Shown here one piece after another: positions 6,549 to 17,355 of a stretch of DNA of 64,000 nt. Position 1 is the first letter of the stretch, and the number at the start of each line of letters is the position of its first letter. Source of the DNA: Candidatus Doudnabacteria bacterium RIFCSPHIGHO2_02_FULL_43_13b (GTDB lineage: Bacteria > Patescibacteriota > Doudnabacteria > UBA920 > O2-02-FULL-48-8); assembly GCA_001777655.1 (NCBI GenBank), contig MFER01000013.1, forward strand, positions 68,322 through 132,321, read 5' to 3'. Below the pieces are notes generated by a model. That model searched no databases and was not told the DNA's origin. It saw nothing but the letters and a program-made list of their open reading frames with translations. A program made the position numbers and the translations under genes.

Positions 6549-7950
6549 ATTCTTCTGATTCCGATTCCCTGGCCACGATAAACTTTTCTAATTTCTTTAA
6601 AGCTGGATCCATAGTGCCTGTTCCTAAAACCTGTTTAAGATCGTATTTCTTTGGATTAACTACGCTTGCTAATGATCCCTCAAGCGTAAAAAGATGAGAC
6701 AGAAAAGTCGTGGCATAAGCTCCCTTGGGCAAATCAAAGCTAATAATAACTCCTTCGGGTAAAATTTTGTAACCTAAAATCTTCGGCAATAATTTCGTTT
6801 CTACATATCTGAGTGTAAATCGAATAAAATCAAATCGTTTGATTTTTTGGGCGAAATCTAAGGGTATTTTATCCATTTCTAAAAACTGCCGATAAACCTC
6901 TCGATCTTTGGGGTCATTACTCAAAAGGAGAGGGAGGTTGGTGGGGACTTGAAATTTATCAGCAGCTGCCAATGACAGAACTTTATTAAATACAAAACTA
7001 CTGTAAGCATAAATCCACATTTTGACCTGTTCGGAAATGCTCCTGAGCGCCCCCGTATAATCGTGTCGAAATTCCTTCAAGTAATTTAAAAGTAATAACT
7101 CGAAACGCAGACTGAACCCGAATGGTTCATACAATTTTATTATTTCTTCCCAATTTCCGAATTGCTGGTTTGCCTGCTTCCGAAGTTGTGAAAAAAACGG
7201 CAATTCGCCGGGTCCTGGATCGCAAAGATAAGAACGCACCGTTTTTTCTTCCTTACCTTGTAGCAAAAGGAGTCCCCACCAATGACTCAGCAGGCGGTTA
7301 CCGAAACGCTGAAGCCAATAAAAATTCCAAAAACCCTCGGCCTGGATTTGAGTTAGACGTTGGACTAATTTTTCTTCATCAACCTGCTCTTGGGTTCGAA
7401 TAAATATTGTAAAACGATTCCCTAAAATATTATTCATGCTCATCGCTTCTTGGGCCGACTGGATATTTTTCAAATAAAAATTACTGTTAGGCAAAGTTTG
7501 GAGTTGATCTAGCGACACTTTACTTACACTTATTCGCTGTGACGTTAAAGCAATAGCATCTTTTACCCCACCATATCCGACTTGAGTTTCTTTGATATTT
7601 AGTTTCCGGGCCAGTTCCCGAATTGCATCGATGGTTGAAATTCCAACTTTAACCAAATCAGCACGAAAAAATGGAGCCGGTTGGCTGGAGACCGGAGACG
7701 AGTTAACGTCAATAGAAACTATGGTTCCATCGGACAATCTTTCTTCCACAATAAAATCAAAGGGATGGTATTTGATAAATCCTTTCACCAGAGGCTGGAC
7801 TGGCAAAACAATACCGACTCGCGTTAGTTGCTCTAAAATCTCTAATCCCTCTGTTCTTATAAATAATTCAGGATGTTGCTCTTTTTGGCTCGCCAAAAAG
7901 GCCTGTTCTTTCTGCCATTTCTCAAAGATCGGATCAAATAATTCGGGCAT
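6547..7950 (-). CDS. truD: tRNA pseudouridine(13) synthase TruD
   Basis: GYGGVKDAIALTSQR matches the TruD catalytic GxKD motif and YWLQRFGNR matches the RFG motif. Start set at MPELFDPIFEKW; the upstream part of the ORF is intergenic-like. Confidence 0.75.
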   Translation of the reverse strand: MPELFDPIFEKWQKEQAFLASQKEQHPELFIRTEGLEILEQLTRVGIVLPVQPLVKGFIKYHPFDFIVEERLSDGTIVSIDVNSSPVSSQPAPFFRADLVKVGISTIDAIRELARKLNIKETQVGYGGVKDAIALTSQRISVSKVSLDQLQTLPNSNFYLKNIQSAQEAMSMNNILGNRFTIFIRTQEQVDEEKLVQRLTQIQAEGFWNFYWLQRFGNRLLSHWWGLLLLQGKEEKTVRSYLCDPGPGELPFFSQLRKQANQQFGNWEEIIKLYEPFGFSLRFELLLLNYLKEFRHDYTGALRSISEQVKMWIYAYSSFVFNKVLSLAAADKFQVPTNLPLLLSNDPKDREVYRQFLEMDKIPLDFAQKIKRFDFIRFTLRYVETKLLPKILGYKILPEGVIISFDLPKGAYATTFLSHLFTLEGSLASVVNPKKYDLKQVLGTGTMDPALKKLEKFIVARESESEE

Positions 7951-8322
7951 GACCAAAGTATAGCCTGGTATGACACTATTGACAAAGCGGGGATTTTGTG
8001 CTAATATTATCAGTTGCGTACCCGACCCTATCCTCGTGGTAGGGCCGGGCAGGCAGCATGGGTCGCTGTGGTACATTTGCAAAAACTACCGGCAGTCAAA
8101 TTTAACTAAATTTGCTGCCTACGTGCTCGGTCGCTAAGGCGACCTGCGCAGGTTAGTTTTTGGCAAAGTACCTCGCTTCAGAGTAAAAAGTAAGTTCTTT
8201 ATAATATTAACTTCGCCTATTTCGTGGTCCCGCCTACGTGCAGGACGCAATACCCCGCGAACTAACACTTCGACGGGCAGGCAGGAGCCATAAAGTAAGC
8301 GAAGGATAGAAAGCATTATTCA
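7951..8322. other. Unusually long (372 bp) intergenic region with GC-rich repeated motifs; candidate structured RNA or regulatory region
   Basis: GGGCAGGCAG and CCTACGTGC each occur twice. GGCAGGCAGCA can pair with TGCTGCCT, and GGTCGCTAAGGCGACC forms a hairpin. Confidence 0.3.
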
Positions 8323-8862
8323 ATGACAAGCCGTTTTGTCTTGGTGGTGCTGACAGCAATTGTGATGGTAACTATATTCCCGCAAGCTGCATCAGCGCAT
8401 ATCAAAAACAAAACTCCACTCGTCTTTGAAATCAAAAGTATTCCAACAATTTCAGAACTAACTGGAAAAGCAGCGGTTGCGAAACCTTATGACCCTAAAA
8501 CTTACCAGATTCCTCCGAAAGTAACTGGCGACAATCGAATCTATATGCATGAGCCAGAAATTCGTGCTTATATCTGTCCAAAGATGGGCCAGAACGCTTG
8601 TAATATTTTTGTCGCTATCTTGAAAGCCGAAAACGGCACACATGAATGTACCAGAGACAATCGAGGATTAAATAAAAACGGATCAGTTGATGTAGGGTTA
8701 GCCCAGATCAATTGGAATCGAAATTATAACCCTCCTTATTCGATAGAACAGTTACAGGATTGCCAGTTCAATCTAGATATAGCGATAAAAAAATATGACG
8801 CCAGAGGATTCCAACCCTGGTATGCTTATACCAAAGGTGCCTACAAAAAATTCTTAAATTGA
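8323..8862 (+). CDS. Secreted lytic transglycosylase / lysozyme-like domain protein
   Basis: N-terminal signal peptide (VLVVLTAIVMVTIFPQAASA) and DVGLAQINWN resembling the SLT GLMQIN motif. Confidence 0.55.
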   Translation: MTSRFVLVVLTAIVMVTIFPQAASAHIKNKTPLVFEIKSIPTISELTGKAAVAKPYDPKTYQIPPKVTGDNRIYMHEPEIRAYICPKMGQNACNIFVAILKAENGTHECTRDNRGLNKNGSVDVGLAQINWNRNYNPPYSIEQLQDCQFNLDIAIKKYDARGFQPWYAYTKGAYKKFLN

Positions 8863-8910
8863 GCACTATAAAATTATAAATAGACGAAATCCCGTCGAAT
8901 GACGGGATCT

Positions 8911-8938
8911 AAAAACCCCCACAAATGTGGGGGTTTTT
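8911..8938. terminator. Rho-independent terminator AAAAACCCCCACAAATGTGGGGGTTTTT
   Basis: Perfect GC stem flanked by an A-tract and a T-tract. Confidence 0.75.
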
Positions 8939-8954
8939 AGATCAATAATTTCTT

Positions 8955-9041
8955 TGGTGGGCGAGGAGGGATTCCAACCCTCAATCCCTTGCGGGCCCAA
9001 GATTTTAAGTCTTGTGCGTATAGCAGTTCCGCCACTCGCCC
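8955..9041 (-). tRNA. tRNA-Leu (anticodon TAA), class II
   Basis: GGGCGAG..CAAGA-CTTAAAA-TCTTG..long variable arm..GAGGGTTGGAATCCCTC..CTCGCCC-A-CCA. Confidence 0.8.
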
Positions 9042-9047
9042 AAATAT

Positions 9048-9121
9048 TGGAGGCGTCAACCGGAGTTGAACCGGTGTAAAAGGTTTTGCAGACCTCTGCC
9101 TAACCGCTCGGCCATGACGCC
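9048..9121 (-). tRNA. tRNA-Cys (anticodon GCA)
   Basis: GGCGTCA..GAGGT-CTGCAAA-ACCTT..ACCGGTTCAACTCCGGT..TGACGCC-T-CCA. Confidence 0.8.
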
Positions 9122-9122
9122 A

Positions 9123-9368
9123 CTAGTCATTCTTGAAACGTTCTTTGAGTATTTCTTTTTGTTGATGAGCCTTGAGAAATCTTTCGCGTCTCACTGCTTC
9201 GCCTCTAGTATTATAACTCTCGGAGCCTAGCAACTTCCAGGGTGCATAAGCCTTTGTAGATCTAACTGACTTATTATTGTGCCTTGCAATTCTGCTGCTG
9301 ATATTCTCACAAGATCCTATATAGAGATCCCCGTTTACTTGGCTTTTAAGAAAATAAACATGGTACAT
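9123..9368 (-). CDS. GIY-YIG nuclease family small protein
   Basis: YHVYFLKSQVNGDLYIGSCENISSRIARHN is a GIY-YIG motif; the gene sits next to the tRNA cluster. Confidence 0.7.
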   Translation of the reverse strand: MYHVYFLKSQVNGDLYIGSCENISSRIARHNNKSVRSTKAYAPWKLLGSESYNTRGEAVRRERFLKAHQQKEILKERFKND

Positions 9369-9561
9369 AAAAAATAAAGAGTTTTGTCCCGCTACGCGGG
9401 ATCTCGCGAAGCGAGACAGACTCCAGCCTTACCCCTTGGCTACCAGGCCATAACTAGCATATTATAGTTTTTTTTTCGGAAATAATCTACACCAGACCAA
9501 TTGATCCTTAAGATCTAACAAAAATCCTAGAATTGATTAAGCATAAAAAAACTGCCTATTG

Positions 9562-10218
9562 CTAGGCAGTTTTTTGCTTTCTATTATCGGCCAATTCTCT
9601 TTCGATATACCCTATCTTTCCAGCAACAGCAGCCCATTTATGATCTCTCCTTAGTATGTCTTTTTCAATACCAGTTATGGCCTGGCGCAAATCCTTCCGT
9701 CTGGTTTCTGAAGTGCTTTCATCGTCGATCATGGATTTAAAATCTCGAATCCGTTGTCTCTCTGATTCTTGCACTTCCATAAATTTTTGGTGTTCAGCTC
9801 TGAGAATAGATAATTGATATTCCAATGCTCCCACCCGTTCTTGGAAAAAAGCTGACGAATAAGCGGCATCTGAACTTCGCCCCGGAGCATCTCTAAACGA
9901 ATAAGTAGAACCATCGGGTGATTGAAGTTCATAATCTATTTTCATATCAACCCAATCCGTATCTCCCTTTTGCTGATGTCTATAATCTATTACTGGAACG
10001 ACGGTTTGAGCAGATTCGATATTTTTTCTGTCATTGGCCAATAAAGGGTTTCTTTGGCGGCCCTCACCATAACTAGCTAAGATATCTTTCCTAAGCTCTG
10101 ACAGCAATGCCGCCTGAAACCTAGCCACCTGCTCTGTAGATTCTCGTCCCGATTCTTGCCCTTCAGGAGTAGCAATCCCCATCTCTTCCGGGGATGGACC
10201 TAATGTGTCTCTACCCAT
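9562..10218 (-). CDS. Hypothetical protein with a coiled-coil C-terminus
   Basis: ORF with a downstream terminator AAAAAAACTGCCTATTGCTAGGCAGTTTTTT at 9545..9575. Confidence 0.4.
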   Translation of the reverse strand: MGRDTLGPSPEEMGIATPEGQESGRESTEQVARFQAALLSELRKDILASYGEGRQRNPLLANDRKNIESAQTVVPVIDYRHQQKGDTDWVDMKIDYELQSPDGSTYSFRDAPGRSSDAAYSSAFFQERVGALEYQLSILRAEHQKFMEVQESERQRIRDFKSMIDDESTSETRRKDLRQAITGIEKDILRRDHKWAAVAGKIGYIERELADNRKQKTA

Positions 10219-10301
10219 ATTTTAATAGATTACTTATAATTTATGAGTTTAGTATATAACGACTAGGAAAAAAAACAAATATACGATGTTGATATACCAG
10301 G

Positions 10302-11018
10302 TTGACCTCTGAGTTAATTTTTAGTATCGTTTGGCTTGTAACAAATCCCATGGATATAATAAAAGTCATTCGGTATTTTCATCTTAAAGCAAACTTTGAA
10401 AACCTTTCCTGGATAAATAAATTTTTCCTGATTATTTTTTTAGTTAGCTTGATTTTTAATCTTATCCCGCACGAAGCCCAAGCGGCATTTTTAATTGTCA
10501 AAGATTATAAACCGATCTTAGTGTTTGATAGTAGTAGTCTAGATTACACAGATTACCTGGTCCAAATCAGCCAAGAAGCCACAGATCGATACTACCAGTT
10601 GCAAATGCAACAACAAGCGCAAAAACAAGTCTTGTTAGCAGAAAAAATCCAGAATTATTTAGAGTCTTATAATTCCCCGCTGGCTGATTATGCCGCGGCC
10701 TTGATAACCATGCGAAACTGGAAAACCATCATCTCCCTGGCTAACGCCGAAAGCTCAATGTGCCGCAAATATCCAATTTCGACTGCTAATTGTTGGGGGG
10801 TGGGCGGGTCTAATCTTTGGGATATGGGTGATAACTTAGCCCAGGGTATTATTAGTATGAACCATTTTTTAAACAAATACCCGAAAGGTCCGGTCAAATA
10901 TTCACAAATGAGTTTTGAACAAATGAATGGGTTTTACAAGCAACCAGCCAGAGACCACTGGGTTTATAACAATCAAAAAATTTATGACGAGCTTGCAGCC
11001 ATCGAACAAAACCTGTAA
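10302..11018 (+). CDS. Hypothetical membrane-anchored protein, possibly glucosaminidase-like
   Basis: TM helix, then SLANAESSMCRK..ANCWGVGG, loosely like the AQAALESGWG motif of endo-beta-N-acetylglucosaminidases. Confidence 0.35.
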   Translation: MTSELIFSIVWLVTNPMDIIKVIRYFHLKANFENLSWINKFFLIIFLVSLIFNLIPHEAQAAFLIVKDYKPILVFDSSSLDYTDYLVQISQEATDRYYQLQMQQQAQKQVLLAEKIQNYLESYNSPLADYAAALITMRNWKTIISLANAESSMCRKYPISTANCWGVGGSNLWDMGDNLAQGIISMNHFLNKYPKGPVKYSQMSFEQMNGFYKQPARDHWVYNNQKIYDELAAIEQNL

Positions 11019-11046
11019 AAAATCCCTCGAACGAGGGATTTTTTAT

Positions 11047-12186
11047 TTATTCAGAAGTTGGTGTCACTGGTTGGGGTGGAAGAGCCACTACTGCTCGCAA
11101 GGACAAACCCAATCGGTGTTCCTGCGGCTCAATTGAAATGATTTTAAATTCTTTCACGTCGCCGACTTTGACAATCTCGGATGGATCAGAAACTTCTTCC
11201 GATGAAAGCTCTACCGAATGCACCAGGCCATAAATTTCTGGGTCCAGTTCGACAAATGCGCCAAACGGCATCAGCTTCGTCACTTTACCAAAAACGACCT
11301 GGCCGACTTGATATTTCTTGATTGATTCAAGCCACGGGTCAGCCTGCAACCGTTTGACAGACAGTGAGATTCGATCCCGATCTATAGAAATAATCTGGGC
11401 CTGAATCTTCTGGCCGACTTTATAAAGCTCTCGGGGATGATCAATTCGATTCCACGATAATTCGGAGATATGAACCAGCCCTTCCAAACCTTCCCCGAAT
11501 TTGATAAAGATGCCAAAATCAACAACACCGGTTACTTCCCCGTCAACGAGGTTGCCCAGTTGCAATTTGCCAATTTTTGCTCGCAACTCGTCTTCCCCGA
11601 CCGCCTTTTCTGAAACAATTAATTTTTCATCAGTTGAATCAGCTGTGATAATTTGGACATCAAAAACTTTCCCGATGTAGCTACGCAAAATTTCCAAAAT
11701 CTTATTCTTATCGCCCTCTTCAACCCGCGGGTAATGTTCCGAAGACAGCTGAGAAACTGGTAAAAACCCGACAACCCCGTTGATTTCAACCATCAGACCA
11801 CCTTTATTAGCTTCTAAAATTTTAGTCTTGATCGCTTCTTTGGTTTTTAGTTGCTCGTTGAGAGTTTGCCAAACCCGTTCTTGACCCGCGGCTCGAAACG
11901 ATAACTCCACATTACCATCCTTGTTTTCTGGTTCAAGCACAGAGGCCAAAACTTTATCGCCAACTTTTAGGGTAGCAATCCGAACCGCCTCATCATAAAG
12001 CTCACGGCCCCGGACTACCCCTAATCCAATCCCTTCAAGATCAACATAGACTTCGTTTTTACCGACTGACAACACTGTTCCTTCGAGCACATCACTAATT
12101 TTTGGAATTTTAATTTCCACTCCTTCTTGCGCTAGGAGCTCCTGCATGGTTTTGGGTTCCGCGATAGCGGTTGTATTCGTATTCAT
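11047..12186 (-). CDS. rpsA: 30S ribosomal protein S1 (short four-domain form)
   Basis: Repeated S1 domains, e.g. VGQVVFGKVTKLMPFGAFVEL. Confidence 0.85.
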   Translation of the reverse strand: MNTNTTAIAEPKTMQELLAQEGVEIKIPKISDVLEGTVLSVGKNEVYVDLEGIGLGVVRGRELYDEAVRIATLKVGDKVLASVLEPENKDGNVELSFRAAGQERVWQTLNEQLKTKEAIKTKILEANKGGLMVEINGVVGFLPVSQLSSEHYPRVEEGDKNKILEILRSYIGKVFDVQIITADSTDEKLIVSEKAVGEDELRAKIGKLQLGNLVDGEVTGVVDFGIFIKFGEGLEGLVHISELSWNRIDHPRELYKVGQKIQAQIISIDRDRISLSVKRLQADPWLESIKKYQVGQVVFGKVTKLMPFGAFVELDPEIYGLVHSVELSSEEVSDPSEIVKVGDVKEFKIISIEPQEHRLGLSLRAVVALPPQPVTPTSE

Positions 12187-12251
12187 AACTTTAAGATTAT
12201 AGTTGAAATCGGGTTGAAAATCAAGCCCTTTTTTGGTAGAATATACAGGCT

Positions 12252-12881
12252 ATGACTATTTCCTGGTTTGGGCTTTCCAGCTTTAAAATCGTCGGACGCG
12301 ATCTCACCATCATCACTGACCCCTTTGGTAAACAAACCGGCTTGAGCGCGGTGCGGGGAGCAGCCGATGTGGTTGTTTCATCTAACCCCAAGTTAGACTG
12401 GTGTAACAATTTTTCCTCAATCCAAGGGTCGCCATTTATCATCACTGGTCCCGGCGAGTATGACATTAAAGGGGCTTTTATTATCGGCACGGCTGCTGAA
12501 AACAAAGAGTTAGGCGATTTGACAATTTATAGTATCGAAGTGGAAGGAATCCGCATCGCTTTCTTAGGCCCCATCAAACAAGGACAATTAACTGATGCCC
12601 AAAAAGCTATCTTTGAAGGCTCAGATTTGGTGTTAATACCAACCGGGGGTAAGCAAATCTTGGATTTTGAAAACGGCGCCAAAATCGCCACGCAACTGGA
12701 ACCTTATATTATCATCCCTCATAGCTATAAAACTTCGGGTCTGACATTAAATTTAGATAAACTGGACAAATTCTTGCAAGAGATGGGAAATAAATATGAA
12801 GAATCGGATAAACTGACTTTGAAAAAGAAAGACTTAAGCGGTGAACAAACCTCCCTGGTCGTACTTACTCCCCAACGATAA
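12252..12881 (+). CDS. Metal-dependent hydrolase, MBL fold (UPF0173-like)
   Basis: MTISWFGLSSFKI..TDPF..HSYK pattern of the Lactamase_B_3 family. Confidence 0.55.
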   Translation: MTISWFGLSSFKIVGRDLTIITDPFGKQTGLSAVRGAADVVVSSNPKLDWCNNFSSIQGSPFIITGPGEYDIKGAFIIGTAAENKELGDLTIYSIEVEGIRIAFLGPIKQGQLTDAQKAIFEGSDLVLIPTGGKQILDFENGAKIATQLEPYIIIPHSYKTSGLTLNLDKLDKFLQEMGNKYEESDKLTLKKKDLSGEQTSLVVLTPQR

Positions 12882-13450
12882 TGGATATCAAAAAAAGCCT
12901 GGAAAACTTACAAGACAAACCGTTTGCGACCCGAGTCAAAATATTATGGCTGACTGTCGGGGTTGTTGCTATTGGACTTATTATTATTTTTATTTTCAAT
13001 TTAAAATCAACTGTTAGTAATCTAAGCGGGCAGGATTTGATTAATTTATCGAATCGTTCTTCACAAACTGATTCCGAACAGCTTGAAACTCAATTGATTC
13101 AGGTGGAACGGATTGAAAAAGCTAATAATTCCTTCAAAATTTATTTTAACGTCAACAACGAAAGCCAAAATATCCTTAATTTTCCAAAATCGGAAGATAT
13201 CACCCTAACGGTGGAAGATCGCTCTTACCACCCTCGGCAAATTTCCGACCGGCAAGGAGAACCTTTCGTGCAAAAAATTCTCTCCCGCACTCAAAATTTC
13301 GGGATTTTAATTTTTGATTCAATCAACGGCGACGAAGGAAAACTGATTTTGGATAATTTAACCTTTGAGGAATCAAGTGCGACAACCTTGAAACAAGAAC
13401 TTGATTTAGACTTTAAGCAATTATTAAATCCCGTCGAGGTAAGAAACTAA
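12881..13450 (+). CDS. Hypothetical membrane-anchored protein
   Basis: N-terminal TM helix; no known domain recognised. Confidence 0.35.
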   Translation: MDIKKSLENLQDKPFATRVKILWLTVGVVAIGLIIIFIFNLKSTVSNLSGQDLINLSNRSSQTDSEQLETQLIQVERIEKANNSFKIYFNVNNESQNILNFPKSEDITLTVEDRSYHPRQISDRQGEPFVQKILSRTQNFGILIFDSINGDEGKLILDNLTFEESSATTLKQELDLDFKQLLNPVEVRN

Positions 13451-13451
13451 C

Positions 13452-15914
13452 ATGGATATCGGTAAAGTCAATCCAAGATCAATTGAACGTGAGATGGAGG
13501 AGTCATATTTGGATTACGCGATGAGTGTGATCGTGGCTCGGGCCCTGCCGGATGTTCGAGATGGGTTAAAACCCGTCCACCGCCGAATTCTTTATGCCAT
13601 GTCAGAGCTCGGGCTTCGCTCCAACGTAAAATTTCGCAAATCAGCGGCTGTGGTCGGGGAAGTTTTAGCCAAATACCATCCCCATGGGGACGTCGCAGTT
13701 TATGATTCCATGGTCCGCATGGCCCAAGAATTCGCCATGCGTTATCCCTTAATTGACGGGCAAGGAAACTTCGGTTCCATGGACGGCGATGCCCCGGCGG
13801 CCATGCGTTATACGGAAGCGCGCATGATGGCTTTGGCCGAAGAAATTTTGGCCGACTTGGAAAAAGACACGGTGGATTGGATGGATAATTATGATGCCAC
13901 AAAAAAAGAACCGAAAGTGCTGCCGGCCAAAGCTCCCAACCTGCTGCTCAACGGCACTTTAGGCATCGCAGTCGGGATGGCCACTGATATCCCGCCTCAC
14001 AATTTAGGGGAAGTGGTGGATTCCGTGATTAAATTAATTGAAGAACCACAAACTACGACTGATGAACTAATGGAGTTTGTGAAGGGCCCGGATTTTCCAA
14101 CTGGCGGATTTATCTATGATTGGAATACAATCAAACAAGTTTACGCCACCGGCAAAGGCCCCATCGTCATGCGCGGCCGGACCGAGATTGTGGAAGAAAA
14201 AGGCGTCCATAAAATTCTGATTACGGAAATTCCCTATCGAGTCAATAAGGCAACTCTCTTAGAGCAGTTTGCCGAGCTGGTGAAAGATAAAAGAATCGAA
14301 GGGATTAAAGATCTAAGGGATGAGTCGGACAAAGACGGGGTGCGAATCGTGATTGATCTGAAAAAAGAAGGCTTACCGAACAAAATTTTAAATCAATTAT
14401 TTAAATACTCATCTTTGCAAGAAACCTTCCACGTCAACATGCTGGCCTTGGTAGATGGAATAGAACCGCAGGTTTTGAACTTAAAAAATATTTTAGAATA
14501 TTACATTAAACATCGGGCCGAGGTTATCAAGCGGCGCACTGCTTTTGATTTGAACAAAGCGAAAGACCGCGCTCACATTTTAGAAGGATTAAAAAAAGCC
14601 CTGGATCATATCGATGCAGTGATCCAAACAATTAAGAAATCTGATACCACGGAAGAGGCTCATGCAGCCCTGATAACAAAATTCAAATTGTCAGATAAGC
14701 AGTCAACCGCGATTCTGCAAATGCAGCTTCGCGCACTGGCGGGATTGGAGCGTAAAAAAATCGACGATGAATTGAAGGAAAAACGGAAATTGATTGAAGA
14801 ATTGGAAGATTTACTCAAAAGTGAAAAAAAGATTAAAACCGTGGTCAAAACCGAACTGTTGGAATTGAAAGATAAATATAACAATCCTCGCAAAACCACG
14901 TTAGTGAAACAACCGATTGGAGAATTTAAAGCAGAAGATTTAATCCCCGAGCAATCAACCATGGTAATCGTTACCAGGTCAGGATACGTCAAACGTCTGC
15001 CCCCAGATACTTATAAAACCCAGGGCCGCGGCGGCAAGGGGGTAATCGGCATGACTACCAAAGAAGAAGACGTGGTAGAATGGCTGTCGACGACCAATAC
15101 TCACGATGATATTTTATTCTTTACGAACAAAGGGCGGGTTTTCCAAACCAAAGTCTACGAATTACCAGAAGCTTCCCGCACCGCCCGCGGTCAGGCCTTG
15201 GTCAACTTCTTGGAACTGCCGACTGATGAAATGGTTTCGGCCATCTTAACTTTTTCCAAGAAAATCCCGGCCAAATTTCTGATCCTTTCGACCAAAAAAG
15301 GCTTGATTAAAAAAACCGTAATCGAGGAGTTCGCGAAAGTCAGGCGATCGGGTCTGATTGCTATAAAGCTCAAAACCGGTGACGAACTGCGCTACGTCAA
15401 ATATTCTACGGGCAACGACGATGTGATTTTGTCCACGGCAGGCGGGCAAGCGATTCGGTTTGATGAAAAAGACGTCAGATCCATGGGCCGCGCCACTGCC
15501 GGAGTGAAAGGTATGCGATTGAAATCCGCCAGAGGCGGATCCTCCTCCGGAGGAAAAGATGATTACCTGATGAGTATGGATTTGGTATCCAAGAAAAACA
15601 AACTGGAAAATTTGCAACTTTTGATCGTCACGGAAAATGGCTTAGGCAAAAAAACAGATTTGAAATTCTACAAACGGCAACATCGCGGAGGATCGGGTAT
15701 AAAAACTTTGAAAGTTAGCCCGAAAACAGGCAAGATTGTCTCCCTCCACGTAATTGATAAAACCGAGGAACACGATCTGATGGTTATTTCCAAACTCGGA
15801 CAAACTCTTAGGACCCCCATCGGCAAAATTTCAACGCTGGGCCGCGCCACCCAAGGCGTACGAATCATGACCTTGGATAATAAAGACAAAGTGGCTACAA
15901 CCACAATAATTTAG
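13452..15914 (+). CDS. gyrA: DNA gyrase subunit A
   Basis: [16 protein letters not shown], the active-site Tyr region, and GyrA-box beta-pinwheel repeats. Confidence 0.95.
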   Translation: MDIGKVNPRSIEREMEESYLDYAMSVIVARALPDVRDGLKPVHRRILYAMSELGLRSNVKFRKSAAVVGEVLAKYHPHGDVAVYDSMVRMAQEFAMRYPLIDGQGNFGSMDGDAPAAMRYTEARMMALAEEILADLEKDTVDWMDNYDATKKEPKVLPAKAPNLLLNGTLGIAVGMATDIPPHNLGEVVDSVIKLIEEPQTTTDELMEFVKGPDFPTGGFIYDWNTIKQVYATGKGPIVMRGRTEIVEEKGVHKILITEIPYRVNKATLLEQFAELVKDKRIEGIKDLRDESDKDGVRIVIDLKKEGLPNKILNQLFKYSSLQETFHVNMLALVDGIEPQVLNLKNILEYYIKHRAEVIKRRTAFDLNKAKDRAHILEGLKKALDHIDAVIQTIKKSDTTEEAHAALITKFKLSDKQSTAILQMQLRALAGLERKKIDDELKEKRKLIEELEDLLKSEKKIKTVVKTELLELKDKYNNPRKTTLVKQPIGEFKAEDLIPEQSTMVIVTRSGYVKRLPPDTYKTQGRGGKGVIGMTTKEEDVVEWLSTTNTHDDILFFTNKGRVFQTKVYELPEASRTARGQALVNFLELPTDEMVSAILTFSKKIPAKFLILSTKKGLIKKTVIEEFAKVRRSGLIAIKLKTGDELRYVKYSTGNDDVILSTAGGQAIRFDEKDVRSMGRATAGVKGMRLKSARGGSSSGGKDDYLMSMDLVSKKNKLENLQLLIVTENGLGKKTDLKFYKRQHRGGSGIKTLKVSPKTGKIVSLHVIDKTEEHDLMVISKLGQTLRTPIGKISTLGRATQGVRIMTLDNKDKVATTTII

Positions 15915-15999
15915 AATTTACAATTTTGATTGAATTTTCGAAATTTGAATATTTAATATTCATTCGAAATTCATAACTCAAAATTAAAAATTCACTTTC

Positions 16000-16662
16000 A
16001 TGCTCTACGTAGTGGCTACCCCCATCGGCAATTTACAAGACATAACCTTTCGCGCCCTGGAAGTCCTCAAGACTTCCGATTTCGTAATTGCGGAAAATCC
16101 CAAAAACAGCGGCTTGCTTTTGAAACATTTTCAAATTGACAAGCCCTTCAAACAATTTGCCGAACATAATGAGCAAAAAGCTCTCCCACCCTTAATCCTA
16201 CAACTTAAATCCCAAAACGGCGCCCTCATTACCGATGCCGGGACGCCAGGCATCTCAGACCCCGGTTTCAGGCTCGTCCGGGCCTGTGTGGAAGCGGGGA
16301 TTAAAGTTGTTCCGATTCCAGGAGCAAATGCGGCCATCAGTGCATTATCAGTTTCGGGGTTGCCTACGGATCGCTTTCTTTTTATTGGTTTTGCTCCTCG
16401 CACAGAAAACAAACTAATCAAAACAGTCTTACTGGGTAAAGACACGGAAAGCACAGTCATTTTCTACGAATCACCCTTTCGGATTGTCAAATCTTTAGAA
16501 TTTATCCAAAAACATTTCCCAGACTGTCATGTGGTCGTGGCCCGCGAAATCACGAAAGTCTACGAAGAATTCCTGCGAGGGGCGCCCTCGGAGATTCTGC
16601 CCAAGCTCACAAAAGAAAATACAAAAGGGGAATTTACAGTCCTTATATCTTTCAAAAAATAG
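16000..16662 (+). CDS. rsmI: 16S rRNA (cytidine1402-2'-O)-methyltransferase RsmI
   Basis: MLYVVATPIGNLQDITFRALEVLK tetrapyrrole-methylase fold. Confidence 0.85.
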   Translation: MLYVVATPIGNLQDITFRALEVLKTSDFVIAENPKNSGLLLKHFQIDKPFKQFAEHNEQKALPPLILQLKSQNGALITDAGTPGISDPGFRLVRACVEAGIKVVPIPGANAAISALSVSGLPTDRFLFIGFAPRTENKLIKTVLLGKDTESTVIFYESPFRIVKSLEFIQKHFPDCHVVVAREITKVYEEFLRGAPSEILPKLTKENTKGEFTVLISFKK

Positions 16663-16702
16663 ATGTACTCTAATCTGACCGATCGGTCAATGGTGAGTAC
16701 AT
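16663..16702. repeat. Nested palindrome ATGTACTC..GACCGATCGGTC..GAGTACAT
   Basis: 8-bp outer inverted repeat around a perfect 12-bp palindrome; the TGACCGATCGGTCA core recurs at 59207..59222. Confidence 0.6.
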
Positions 16703-16849
16703 GGCTATTTAATCATTCCCCACGAAAACGGATCTATTTTATCAAAAAGGAAAGACCAAGCCGAATTGCTCTTCCAAAATTTTCAAAGCTTGAAAACTTA
16801 GGAAGGGGCACAAACTGAATTGCTCTATTTGTGCTCTTGGGTCGTATCG

Positions 16850-16937
16850 CTTTGGGGCGACAATCAAACGGCAAAAAAGCCATCACTGACCAAGGAAAAC
16901 ACCAAAGGTGAGTTTACGGTTCTAGTCTCGTTTAAAT
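16850..16937 (+). pseudogene. Degenerate duplicated fragments: yebC 5'-like (GGGCGACAATCAAACG) then rsmI 3'-like (translates TKENTKGEFTVLVSFK)
   Basis: Near-copies of the real rsmI C-terminus (TKENTKGEFTVLISFKK) and the yebC N-terminal codons, placed between rsmI and the TA cassette. Confidence 0.5.
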
Positions 16938-17007
16938 AATTTGACAAGTTAATTTAGTGGGAGCATAATAAACACATAAGGCGGCCAAGGGCCGTTTTTA
17001 TATTTTT

Positions 17008-17334
17008 ATGAAAATAATTATTAGCAAAGAAATGGGAAAATTTATCTATTCTCTTGAGAAGCAAACAATTGCCAAAGTTTTACGCACTCTAGATTTATTA
17101 GAAGAATTTGGTTACAAACTGCCAATGCCTCACAGCAAAAAGGTTTCGCGGAACATATTCGAACTCAGAACACGAGGACAACAGGAAATTCGAATATTCT
17201 ATTGCTTTTATCAAAGTAGAATTTATTTAATCTCGGGATTTGTTAAGAAGTCGCAAAGAATACCTCGTAAAGAATTAGAAAATGCAGAAAATAAATATAA
17301 AACTTTGGTTATTAATACTCTTGACAAGATATAA
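17008..17334 (+). CDS. Type II toxin, RelE/HigB (Gp49-like) family
   Basis: IFELRTRGQQEIRIFYCF..IYLISGFVKKSQ matches the Gp49/HigB addiction-module killer pattern; followed by an HTH antitoxin. Confidence 0.7.
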   Translation: MKIIISKEMGKFIYSLEKQTIAKVLRTLDLLEEFGYKLPMPHSKKVSRNIFELRTRGQQEIRIFYCFYQSRIYLISGFVKKSQRIPRKELENAENKYKTLVINTLDKI

Positions 17335-17355
17335 CTTATAAGTTATATTATATTC

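Noticed and set aside
5802-6697. Several overlapping ORFs on both strands within the GC-rich island (5802..6191-, 5944..6129+, 5957..6199-, 6134..6697+, 6331..6543+)
   Set aside because: These are R/P/A-rich translations typical of wrong frames in high-GC DNA. Only the 5880..6491 frame has an RBS, globular composition and GC3 skew.
6547-8082. Full-length 511-aa truD ORF starting at 8082
   Set aside because: Its first 44 codons translate a GC-rich intergenic stretch (MQMYHSDPCCLPGPTTRIG..). A -35/-10 pair (TTGACA ... TATACT) lies just upstream of MPELFDPIFEKW, which matches the TruD N-terminus.
7951-8322. RNase P RNA or tmRNA in the long truD-upstream spacer
   Set aside because: No P4 signature (GGAAAGUCCGG / ACAGAACCCGGCUUA), no tRNA-like T-arm and no tag-peptide ORF on either strand. 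Left as an unclassified candidate structured region.
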